From assembly GCA_022447825.1 (NCBI GenBank), contig JAKUTY010000006.1:242-64241 (forward strand): a stretch of 64,000 nt of DNA, written 5' to 3'. Made by a program: the position numbers and the translations under genes. The notes beneath the pieces are model-generated. The model was not told where the DNA came from. It made no database searches and worked only from the letters and a program-made list of their open reading frames with translations. Positions 45,500-54,078 of this stretch are shown one piece after another. Positions within the stretch are counted from its first letter, which is position 1, and every line of letters begins with the position of its first letter. Source of the DNA: SAR202 cluster bacterium (lineage in GTDB: Bacteria > Chloroflexota > Dehalococcoidia > Lucifugimonadales > UBA826).

Positions 45500-46735
45500 T
45501 TAAATTACCCCGTCATTTTTTAATTGATTTATAGTTTCTATATCTAAATTGAGCAATTTCCTAAATATTTCCTCATTATGCATTCCTAAAGTTGGAGCTC
45601 CATCTGAATCCGGAAGGTCTACACCTGAAAATTTTACTGGAAAACCTGTAGAGATCCCCGGAACAGAATTTTTAAAAGCAGCATTTTTCATATTTCTTAA
45701 CGTTCCCCTATCCCAATAATGCTGATCTTTAATAACTTCTTCTACTGATCTTACTGGTCCACAGGGAATACCACCATTTTCTAATCGCTCTAAAGCTTCA
45801 GACCTAGTGAATTTAGATAAAATTTGCTGAATTGAAGCTACAGCCTTATTGATATTTTTGTTTCTAGCAAAAAAAGTAGAAAAATCAGGATTTTCTACTA
45901 ATTCAGGAGCATTTAGGGCTTTAGATAAATTTGCCCATTGATCATCACTAGCTGCAGTAATAGTTATTTCTCCATCTTTAGTTGAAAAGTTACCAGAAGG
46001 ACTTCCCCTAAGAATATTTCCCATTCTTACTGGCTCTCCATTCATAAGATCTTCTTCCAAAGTGTCCATCATGATTAGAGAGGTCAAAGTATCCATCATT
46101 GAAACATCTAAATATTGACCTTCTCCTGTTTTTTCCTTCTGCCTTAAGGCAGCTAATATCGAATAACAAGCAAATAACGGGGTTACTAAATCTCCAATTA
46201 AAAATCCAACTTTTGTAGGAGGGCCATCAGTAAATCCGTTAATGTCCATCAATCCACTCATTCCTTGAATCTGTGGATCTTGAGCTCTTTTTTTAGAATA
46301 AGGCCCAGTTTGACCATATCCAGAAATGGACGCGTAAATTATTTCTGGATTTTCTTTTACAACATCTTCATAACCCAATCCTAATCTCTTCATAGCGCCA
46401 GGAGCTAAATTTTCTACCAAAACATCGCTTTCTTTTGCTAACTCCAAAAACATTTGCTTACCTTTTGGATTTTTCAAATTTAATGTAATGCTTTTTAAAC
46501 CTTCAGACCTTTTAATAAATCTAGTAGACAAATGATTGTCAGATTCTTGATTTTCAAAATAACCATCCGGAGTTACAAAAGGACCATTTTGTCTCGTCGG
46601 ATCTCCAGATCCGGGTACCTCTACTTTAATAGATTCTGCTCCTAATCTTGCTAAATTAAGAAGAGTGTAAGGCCCAGCCAAAAAAACTGTGACACCCAAA
46701 ACTCTTACATCTCCTAGCAAAGATTGATTATTCAA
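45500..46735 (-). CDS. CaiB/BaiF family-III CoA-transferase
   Basis: LGDVRVLGVTVFLAGPYTLLNLARLGAESIKVE... and LENLAPGAMKRLGLGYEDV motifs. 411 aa. Confidence 0.85.
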   Translation of the reverse strand: MNNQSLLGDVRVLGVTVFLAGPYTLLNLARLGAESIKVEVPGSGDPTRQNGPFVTPDGYFENQESDNHLSTRFIKRSEGLKSITLNLKNPKGKQMFLELAKESDVLVENLAPGAMKRLGLGYEDVVKENPEIIYASISGYGQTGPYSKKRAQDPQIQGMSGLMDINGFTDGPPTKVGFLIGDLVTPLFACYSILAALRQKEKTGEGQYLDVSMMDTLTSLIMMDTLEEDLMNGEPVRMGNILRGSPSGNFSTKDGEITITAASDDQWANLSKALNAPELVENPDFSTFFARNKNINKAVASIQQILSKFTRSEALERLENGGIPCGPVRSVEEVIKDQHYWDRGTLRNMKNAAFKNSVPGISTGFPVKFSGVDLPDSDGAPTLGMHNEEIFRKLLNLDIETINQLKNDGVI

Positions 46736-46834
46736 ATTTTTCTCCCGTACGATATTTTTTATTTTCTGTATGATTGTGCAAACTTGTAGTATTTAATCAA
46801 CTTTTTCTATCGATCACAAATTTAGAGGAATACA

Positions 46835-47752
46835 ATGAGAATAGTTCTAATAGGTCAAGCTGCATTTGCAAAAGATACTTTATCAGCTTTAATCGAAAAC
46901 AAAGAAAATGTTGTAGGTGTTTTTTGCCCTCCAGACAAAGATTCTAGTAAACCAGATCCAGTAAAATCCCTATCCTTAGAACACTCGATCAATGTACTTC
47001 AATTCAATAGAATGAGATCTGAAGATGCCATCAATGCATTCAAAGAATTAGAACCAGATTTGTGTGTAATGGCATTTGTCACAGACATTGTTCCAAATCA
47101 AATGCTTGAGTATCCAAAGTTTGGAACAATCCAATATCACCCTTCTCTTCTTCCTGAACATCGTGGACCTAGTTCAATCAACTGGCCTATTATTCAAGGT
47201 AAAAAAACTACAGGTTTAAGTATTTTTTGGCCTGATGAGGGATTAGATACAGGACCAATTTTATTACAGAAAAAAGTTTCAATTGAAAAAGATGACACTT
47301 TAGGCACTTTATACTTTAATAAATTATACCCAATAGGAATTGATGCAATACTGGAATCAATCGATTTAATTAGATCAGGAAAAGCCCCTAAAAACCCCCA
47401 AAATCACGCCTTAGCAACATATGAAGGTTGGTGCAAATCTGATGATGTAAAAATTGATTGGAATGCAGATAAAAATTCTGTTTTTGACCTAATCAGAGGA
47501 AGTGACCCTAGTCCAGGTGCGAACACAAAATTTGAAAATCATATAGTGTCTTTATTTGATTCCCAACTTCAAGATCAAAATCCTAATCTACCTCCAGGAA
47601 CAATCAACTTAATAACAGACAATTCGTTTTCAATAGCTGTACGAAATGGAAACATTAAGGTATCAAGAGTTAAAATTGACTCAGGCAGAAAAATTAACAG
47701 TAGTGACTTTATAAAAGACTTCAATATTATTGAAGGAAATAGTTTTATTTAA
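46835..47752 (+). CDS. formyltransferase-fold protein resembling the N-terminal hydrolase domain of 10-formyl-THF dehydrogenase (not a typical Fmt)
   Basis: IGQAAF..., VVGVFCPPDK, YHPSLLPEHRGPSSINW, IFWPDEGLDTGPILLQK and GKAPKNPQ...ATYEG. The formyl_trans_N and _C layout is present. From memory, the motif variants match the FDH N-terminal domain better than E. coli Fmt. Confidence 0.6.
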   Translation: MRIVLIGQAAFAKDTLSALIENKENVVGVFCPPDKDSSKPDPVKSLSLEHSINVLQFNRMRSEDAINAFKELEPDLCVMAFVTDIVPNQMLEYPKFGTIQYHPSLLPEHRGPSSINWPIIQGKKTTGLSIFWPDEGLDTGPILLQKKVSIEKDDTLGTLYFNKLYPIGIDAILESIDLIRSGKAPKNPQNHALATYEGWCKSDDVKIDWNADKNSVFDLIRGSDPSPGANTKFENHIVSLFDSQLQDQNPNLPPGTINLITDNSFSIAVRNGNIKVSRVKIDSGRKINSSDFIKDFNIIEGNSFI

Positions 47753-47754
47753 AC

Positions 47755-48675
47755 TTATTCAGGATCATTTTCAAATTTTTCACCCATCTGGTTCAAAAAA
47801 TCTTCTACATCCGCTGAGAGATTGACTGAAGAGGTTCCAGCGTCATCTTTTTCATCAGACTCGGCTGTCTTAGACAGAACTCTGTCATAATACGTTTCTA
47901 ATTGTTTTATCAATGTGCCAACTTCACCAGTATAGTCGATAGATTTATCTATATCTTTATACTGTTGTATTCCAAAATCTTTATTAATAATTTCATCAGA
48001 AAATCCATACACAGCACACAAAACCTCTAATAACCTTGCTGCGCCCAAATGATCTCTATCTAATTGAACATATTGAGGTAAATGAGCCATCAAGGTTGAA
48101 TTAGGAATGTTATTCTCAGAAAAATGTTGATTTACTAAATTTAGAATTGATGTAGGACCCTGATAAGTACTTTTTCTGGCTTTTAATACATCTGATGCAG
48201 CTTTCTCTTGCTCAGGCTTCATGGATCCAGTGACTAAAATTGGTCGAGTATGTGGAACTGAATCATACATACCTCCAATTCGAACAAACTCTGAAACGTT
48301 CGCAAATTTGAACAAAGCTAAAATTGAATCCACATATTCTTCAGCATTTTGGTGAGGTTCTCTAATATGTAAAAACAGCAAATTTTTCTTTAAAGTAGGA
48401 TCATAACAATGATAAACATACGTATTGGGTACATTCAAAACTCTTTGACCATTTTTCACTTGTGCCCTGGGCCTATACCTAGTGAAATCAAAATATTTGC
48501 CTGGTTTTAAAAGCTTACCGATTTCTTTAGCTTCTAAATTCTCTTGTAATTTATTTAACGCAACTGTTCCAACTCGACCAACATCAATCCATGGCCTGAG
48601 CATAGCAAAAGCAATTGTTTCAGAGTCTGAAAAATCAGGTACTGTTTCTATTAATTCAAAATCCCCTACGTTCAT
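47755..48675 (-). CDS. PAC2 (proteasome assembly chaperone 2-like) family protein
   Basis: AFAMLRPWIDVGRVG...GKYFDFTRYRPR... is the pattern I associate with bacterial PAC2-family proteins. Acidic C-terminal tail. Confidence 0.6.
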   Translation of the reverse strand: MNVGDFELIETVPDFSDSETIAFAMLRPWIDVGRVGTVALNKLQENLEAKEIGKLLKPGKYFDFTRYRPRAQVKNGQRVLNVPNTYVYHCYDPTLKKNLLFLHIREPHQNAEEYVDSILALFKFANVSEFVRIGGMYDSVPHTRPILVTGSMKPEQEKAASDVLKARKSTYQGPTSILNLVNQHFSENNIPNSTLMAHLPQYVQLDRDHLGAARLLEVLCAVYGFSDEIINKDFGIQQYKDIDKSIDYTGEVGTLIKQLETYYDRVLSKTAESDEKDDAGTSSVNLSADVEDFLNQMGEKFENDPE

Positions 48676-48805
48676 ACTTAAATTTTCCTAAAATTTCAGC
48701 GATTATACAACAGTAGAATTATCTCAAAAATTTACTATTGCAATTATATTTGCGTTTCCTTGTATAATCCCAATATTTCTAGAACATAAATCAAGGATGC
48801 TCATT

Positions 48806-50050
48806 ATGGTTAAACTACCTTTGGACAAACAAGCATTATCCGGGTTAAGAGTAATAGATTTCTCTTGGATTGTTGCAGGACCTCAAAATACCCGAATACT
48901 AGCTGATTTCGGTGCTGAAGTCATAAAAATAGAAAATGAGGCTAGCTTGGATTATGCCCGTCATATTGCATCCCCTTTTGCGAATGGGTCTCCAAATAAA
49001 AGCCCTCTACACTCGACTCTAAACAGAAACAAAAAAAGTATCACTCTCAATGTCATGCATCCAGAAGGAATGGAGTATTTAAAAGAATTAATCTCAATTT
49101 CAGATGTGATTGTAGAGAACTTTAGTGCCAAAGTTTTAGAAAAATGGGGATTAGGATACGAAGAACAGAAAAAAATTAGACCCGACATTATCTACTGCAG
49201 CATGTCAGGTTTTGGTCACAGTGGTAGGGATAAAGGTTATGTAACTTGGGGGCCTACAGCACAGGCAATTTCTGGCCTAACCTACATGTCTGGACTTCCT
49301 GAAGAAGAATCTGCTGGATGGGGATTTTCTTACATGGACCATACGGGTGGATTTTATGGCTGTATGGCTATACTCATGGCAGTTCTCCACAGAAATAAAA
49401 CAGGGGAAGGGCAACATTTAGACCTATCACAAGTTGAAGCAGGTATAGGATTAACCGGAACAGCAATACTAGATTACACAGTGAACAATAGACCATTTAG
49501 GCGTTCAGAAATGCCTCCTGGAAATAGAGCTCCTGAAAGAAGAATTGCTCCTCATAATTCATATAAATGTAAAGGGGAAGATCGTTGGTGTGTGATTTCA
49601 GTCACTACTGATGTTGAATGGGACTTACTAGTTGATTCAATGGAAAATCCAAATTGGGCTCAAGACCCTAAATTTTCATCTATGGAATCACGGGTAACTA
49701 ACCAAGATGAGCTTGATGACAAAATCAACCAGTGGACCCAACAATTTACACCACAAGAAATCATGAAATTTCTTCAGGAAAAAGGAGTCCCTTGCGGTGC
49801 AGTTCAAACACCCAGCGAAAGAGTAGAACAAGACCAACAACTGAAACATAGAAATTTCATTGCTACAGCTCCTCACGCTGAGTTAGAGACTTCTCGAGTA
49901 GAGTCGATTCCTATGAACATGTCTGAAACACCATGGCAAATGAAAACTTCAGCTCCTCTTCTAGGGGAACATTCTGCAGACATTTATTTAGATCTCCTTG
50001 GAGTACCAGGAGAAGAGCTTGGAAGACTTTTTGAGGAGGGAATAGCATAA
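48806..50050 (+). CDS. CaiB/BaiF family-III CoA-transferase
   Basis: LSGLRVIDFSWIVAGPQNTRILADFGAEVIKIE and VENFSAKVLEKWGLGYEE motifs. The ATG at 48806 follows an AAGGA SD. Confidence 0.85.
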   Translation: MVKLPLDKQALSGLRVIDFSWIVAGPQNTRILADFGAEVIKIENEASLDYARHIASPFANGSPNKSPLHSTLNRNKKSITLNVMHPEGMEYLKELISISDVIVENFSAKVLEKWGLGYEEQKKIRPDIIYCSMSGFGHSGRDKGYVTWGPTAQAISGLTYMSGLPEEESAGWGFSYMDHTGGFYGCMAILMAVLHRNKTGEGQHLDLSQVEAGIGLTGTAILDYTVNNRPFRRSEMPPGNRAPERRIAPHNSYKCKGEDRWCVISVTTDVEWDLLVDSMENPNWAQDPKFSSMESRVTNQDELDDKINQWTQQFTPQEIMKFLQEKGVPCGAVQTPSERVEQDQQLKHRNFIATAPHAELETSRVESIPMNMSETPWQMKTSAPLLGEHSADIYLDLLGVPGEELGRLFEEGIA

Positions 50051-51312
50051 TGGCAAAAGCATTAGATGGAATTACAGTTTTAGAGCTATGTGGTGAAAGA
50101 GGTCAATTAATGGGCAAGCTCATGGGTGATATGGGAGCCCGAGTAATTAAAGTTGAACCAATTGGAGGGTCTGAAACAAGAAACATAGGCCCCTTTAAAG
50201 ATGATGAAATAAATAAAAATCAAAGTTTGTATTTTTGGTCCAATAATACTTCTAAAGAGAGTATAGAAGTAGATATCAATTCCCCGGAAGGAATTCAAAT
50301 TATCAAGTCTTTATCTAAAATTTGCGATGTAGTTTTTGAGGATTTTGAACCTGGGTATCTAACATCTCTTGGTTTAGGGTATGACGAATTGTCAAAGAAT
50401 CACCAAGAACTCGTTATGACATCATTAACAGAATTTGGTCAGGACGGACCCTATAGAGATTACAAGTCAACAGATCTAGTTGCATTAGCAATGGGTGGAC
50501 AAATGCACTCATGCGGATACGATGATCTCCCAGGAGCACCACCTATAAGGCCCTATGGCGACCATGGAAACTATATAGCCGCTCACTACGGATTAATGGG
50601 AACATTATCTGCACTAATCTATCGAGATTTTTCAGGAAAAGGCCAATATATTGATGCTTCAGCACATGAGGCTTGCTCTTCAACCACAGAAGTAGCATTA
50701 CCCGCGTACTTGTATCCTCCAAACAAAGAAGTTTTCAGGCAAACTGGAAGACATGCTGGAACTTTCCCAACAGCAAAAACATTATGTAAAACTGTAGACA
50801 ACAAATATCTAATTGTATTCAGAATTTTTATGGATTTAAGTTCATGGATAGCTTTAGTTAAATGGATGGATCTCCATGGAATGGCAGAAGATTTAGCAGA
50901 CCAGAAATTCAAAGACATGGCTGCTAACAGAACGGCAGGTACAGAAGATGGCGACTACGCTATGGAAGTATTAAGAAAATTTATTGCCACTCGACCAGCT
51001 GAAGAAGTTTATAGGAAATCTCAAGAACTTAGATTCCCTTGGGGTGTAGTGAGATCTCCAGAAGAAAATATTGATGATCCTCATTTCAATGAAGATAGAG
51101 GTATGTTTACAGATATTGAACATCCTGAAATAGGAAACGGTGTTTCATACAAGTATGTAGGAAGACCATACAATTTCAAAGGGACGCCCTGGAGTGCGTC
51201 AAGGCCCCCTTTATTAGCAGAAAATACTGAAAAAATTTTACTAGAAGACCTAAATTTTTCTAATGAAAAAATATCTGACTTAATTTCTTCAGGTGTAATT
51301 GGAGTAAGTTAA
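50050..51312 (+). CDS. CaiB/BaiF family-III CoA-transferase
   Basis: LDGITVLELCGERGQLMGKLMGDMGARVIKVE and FEDFEPGYLTSLGLGYDEL motifs. The start overlaps the upstream stop (ATAATGG), indicating translational coupling with 48806..50050. Confidence 0.85.
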   Translation: MAKALDGITVLELCGERGQLMGKLMGDMGARVIKVEPIGGSETRNIGPFKDDEINKNQSLYFWSNNTSKESIEVDINSPEGIQIIKSLSKICDVVFEDFEPGYLTSLGLGYDELSKNHQELVMTSLTEFGQDGPYRDYKSTDLVALAMGGQMHSCGYDDLPGAPPIRPYGDHGNYIAAHYGLMGTLSALIYRDFSGKGQYIDASAHEACSSTTEVALPAYLYPPNKEVFRQTGRHAGTFPTAKTLCKTVDNKYLIVFRIFMDLSSWIALVKWMDLHGMAEDLADQKFKDMAANRTAGTEDGDYAMEVLRKFIATRPAEEVYRKSQELRFPWGVVRSPEENIDDPHFNEDRGMFTDIEHPEIGNGVSYKYVGRPYNFKGTPWSASRPPLLAENTEKILLEDLNFSNEKISDLISSGVIGVS

Positions 51313-51314
51313 GA

Positions 51315-51734
51315 ATGAATAATTCCGAAAAAGAAGCTATTGAAACGGCACTTTTATGGAACGAAGAAGGATTCAATAAACGAGATCGAAAAATTTCAGT
51401 AGATTTGATGCATTTTCCTCATGTCAGATTATGGAATAATCAATTTTCAATATTTAATTCTGAAGAGGAGTTTTTAAAAGGATTTGATCTGCAAACACAA
51501 AAACTCGAGCAAGAGGGATGGACACACACTGTTACTAAAGATATTCAAGCAGTACAATCTGATGAATCCAAAGTTCACCTACTGCTTCTACAATCTAGAC
51601 GAAACAAAGATGACATTGAGATTGAAAATTTTCAAACATTATGGATTATGACAAAAATTGATGGAAAATGGGGCATTAAATTTAGATCATCATTTGTTGC
51701 AGGATCATCTCAAATTTCAGAAATCACTATTTAA
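51315..51734 (+). CDS. hypothetical protein, possibly NTF2-like fold
   Basis: 139 aa, third gene of the tandem CoA-transferase operon. The pattern resembles SnoaL/DUF4440-like proteins only loosely. Confidence 0.35.
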   Translation: MNNSEKEAIETALLWNEEGFNKRDRKISVDLMHFPHVRLWNNQFSIFNSEEEFLKGFDLQTQKLEQEGWTHTVTKDIQAVQSDESKVHLLLLQSRRNKDDIEIENFQTLWIMTKIDGKWGIKFRSSFVAGSSQISEITI

Positions 51735-51820
51735 ATTAAAAATTCTTAACAAAACTAGTACCCAATAAAGGTATCTTTATGGATAATGTAAACAAATTAC
51801 TATAAAGACAATTTAAAATT

Positions 51821-52861
51821 ATGCGTATAGAAACCGACATCAAATTAGATTATCAGGATGTATTACTCAAACCTAAAAGATCAAAACTATCTTCTCGCAA
51901 AGAAGTTTTGATGGAACGGGAATTTAAATTCCCACATTCAGGTTTAAAATTCACTACACTTCCTATTATGGCCTCCAACATGGATGGGGTAGGAACTTTT
52001 GCTATGGCAAAAGTTCTACAAAAAAGAAAAATGCTCACTGTAATTAGAAAACATTATTCTCTCGACGACTGGAAAAACGCGTTTGAAAATGAATTAGACC
52101 CGCAATATATCTCTGTGTGTACAGGAATTAATCAAATGTGGGAAGAAGACGCAATCGACTTTAATACCCTCAAAAAAGTTCTTGATGAATTTCCAGAAAT
52201 TCCGTTTATAACCATTGATGTAGCAAATGGATATCATCAAAATTTTGTGGACTTCATCAAACAAGTAAGAGACTCATTTCCCAATAAAACTATTATTGCA
52301 GGAAATGTCATTACTGCTGAAATGACAGAAGAATTAATTCTAAACGGTGTAGATATTGTGAAATGCGGAATAGGACCAGGTTCTGTTTGTACTACAAGAC
52401 TAATGACCGGAGTAGGTATTCCACAATTATCAGGAATGATTGAATGTGCAGATGCTGCTCACGGTGTTGGCGGATTAGTAATAGCTGATGGTGGGTGTGT
52501 TTACCCAGGAGATGTTGCAAAAGCATTCGGTGCTGGATCTGACTTTGTAATGCTTGGAGGCATGTTAGCAGGCCATGACGAATCTGAGGGTGTAGTAAAA
52601 AATGGACAAATAGAATTTTACGGAATGAGTTCAGACACTGCTATGTCTATTCACGGATCTGGAAAAGCAGGGTATCGGGGCTCTGAAGGAAAATTAGTAA
52701 CACTTCAACATAGAGGTTCAGTAGAAGATACATTAGTAGAAATCATAGGCGGAGTTAGGTCAGCTTGTACTTATATAGGTGCCAAAAGAATCAAAGATAT
52801 GCCCAAATGCTCTACTTTTGTAAGAGTAAACCAACAAGTCAATACCGTTTTTGACAACTAA
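51821..52861 (+). CDS. guaC: GMP reductase
   Basis: MRIETDIKLDYQDVLLKPKRS..., IDVANGY, VKCGIGPGSVCTTR, IECADAAHG and GGCVYPGDVAKAFGAGSDFVMLGGMLAGH are collinear with E. coli GuaC over its full length (346 aa). Confidence 0.92.
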   Translation: MRIETDIKLDYQDVLLKPKRSKLSSRKEVLMEREFKFPHSGLKFTTLPIMASNMDGVGTFAMAKVLQKRKMLTVIRKHYSLDDWKNAFENELDPQYISVCTGINQMWEEDAIDFNTLKKVLDEFPEIPFITIDVANGYHQNFVDFIKQVRDSFPNKTIIAGNVITAEMTEELILNGVDIVKCGIGPGSVCTTRLMTGVGIPQLSGMIECADAAHGVGGLVIADGGCVYPGDVAKAFGAGSDFVMLGGMLAGHDESEGVVKNGQIEFYGMSSDTAMSIHGSGKAGYRGSEGKLVTLQHRGSVEDTLVEIIGGVRSACTYIGAKRIKDMPKCSTFVRVNQQVNTVFDN

Positions 52862-53031
52862 AAGTAATGAAAATTAAATTTTCTTCAATTTCATACAATA
52901 TTGGTTTTTTTGGCTGTCTAATACCTTTAATAATTTTATTCCTGATATTTTTTGGTTTTTGCAGAGCAGGTAACGTTTTATAAAAGGCTATATAATGCCC
53001 GCAATTTAACTATTCAAATATAGGATTTAAA

Positions 53032-54066
53032 ATGAAAGCTGCTTTTTATGTCGCACCCAATCAAATGGAAATACACGAATACGAAACTCCGGCTCCAGAA
53101 CCTGGTGAAGCACTAGTCAGAATCCGGGCAACTGGAATTTGTGGATCAGATTTAAACATGAATTTAGCAAAAACTGGACCAGATATTGCTCCTTCAGGCC
53201 ATGAAATTGCCGGTGAAATCGTTGATGTTGGTAAAGGGGTAAGCTCTGAAAATATTGGTAAAAAGGTCGCGGTTGACGGTATAGGAACCGGTAAAGCTTG
53301 TTTTCAATGCTGGTATTGTAGACAAGGACAATATATCCATTGTCCAGATAAAAATACTAGAAGTAGCGGTGGGTTTGCTGAATATGTTTCGAAGGATCTT
53401 AGAGGATGTTTTGAAATTAACGATTCAATGAACTGGGAAGAGGCAGCTTTGGTCGAGCCATTAGCTGTTTCAGTCCACGGTGCAAGAATCGGAAATTTAA
53501 AAGGGGGCGAAACAGTAGCAATTGTAGGATCAGGGACAATTGGACTAACATCCATTACTGCAGCCAAAGAATTAGGAGCAGGACAAATTTTTGTATCTGC
53601 AAGACATAAACAACAAGAAGAAATGGCACTAAAACTTGGAGCCACTGCGGTTTCAAGTTCTGAAGAAAATCAACTAGAAGAATTAGTTTTAGATCATACT
53701 AATGGCCGAGGTGCTGATCTCACCCTAGAAACAGTAGGAGGCAGTACATCAGCTACCTTATCTCAATCTATGAATGTCACCAGAAGACAAGGTAGAGTAG
53801 TAATTTTGGGAGTTTTTTATGGAAATCAGGCTATAGACTGGAATGGTCCTGTTCTTAAAGAACTTACTGTTCAAGGTTCTAGTTGTTATGGGCTAGTTGA
53901 TGGGATCCATGATTATGAGGCTTCTGTAGAAATACTTTCTAGACCACACGTTAACTTAAAAGAAATAGTTACTCATAGATTTTCACTCGATGAAATTCAA
54001 AAAGGTTTTGAAGCCGCTTATGACAAAAAAACAGGATCCCTCAAAGTACAAATACTTCAAAATTAA
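53032..54066 (+). CDS. zinc-binding medium-chain alcohol/polyol dehydrogenase
   Basis: GICGSDL, GHEIAGEIV, a structural Zn Cys cluster CFQCWYCRQGQYIHC, and GSGTIGL NAD motif. Confidence 0.85.
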   Translation: MKAAFYVAPNQMEIHEYETPAPEPGEALVRIRATGICGSDLNMNLAKTGPDIAPSGHEIAGEIVDVGKGVSSENIGKKVAVDGIGTGKACFQCWYCRQGQYIHCPDKNTRSSGGFAEYVSKDLRGCFEINDSMNWEEAALVEPLAVSVHGARIGNLKGGETVAIVGSGTIGLTSITAAKELGAGQIFVSARHKQQEEMALKLGATAVSSSEENQLEELVLDHTNGRGADLTLETVGGSTSATLSQSMNVTRRQGRVVILGVFYGNQAIDWNGPVLKELTVQGSSCYGLVDGIHDYEASVEILSRPHVNLKEIVTHRFSLDEIQKGFEAAYDKKTGSLKVQILQN

Positions 54067-54078
54067 AAAGGTCACTCT

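Noticed and set aside
48738-48768. Promoter for the tandem CoA-transferase operon (TTGCAA ... TATAAT)
   Set aside because: The perfect TATAAT at 48763..48768 is preceded by a TTGCAA only at a 19-nt spacing, which is too long for a confident sigma70 call. In such AT-rich DNA, hexamer matches arise by chance.
51735-51820. Purine riboswitch upstream of guaC
   Set aside because: The 86-nt leader is too short and lacks the conserved purine-aptamer core (no paired P2/P3 loops or the U/C-discriminator junction). It looks like a plain AT-rich promoter region.
52867-52983. 38-codon hydrophobic small ORF (MKIKFSSISYNIGFFGCLIPLIILFLIFFGFCRAGNVL) between guaC and the Zn-dehydrogenase gene
   Set aside because: It has no convincing SD, it is very short, and AT-rich sequence readily yields Phe/Ile/Leu-rich frames. 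I cannot support it without conservation data.
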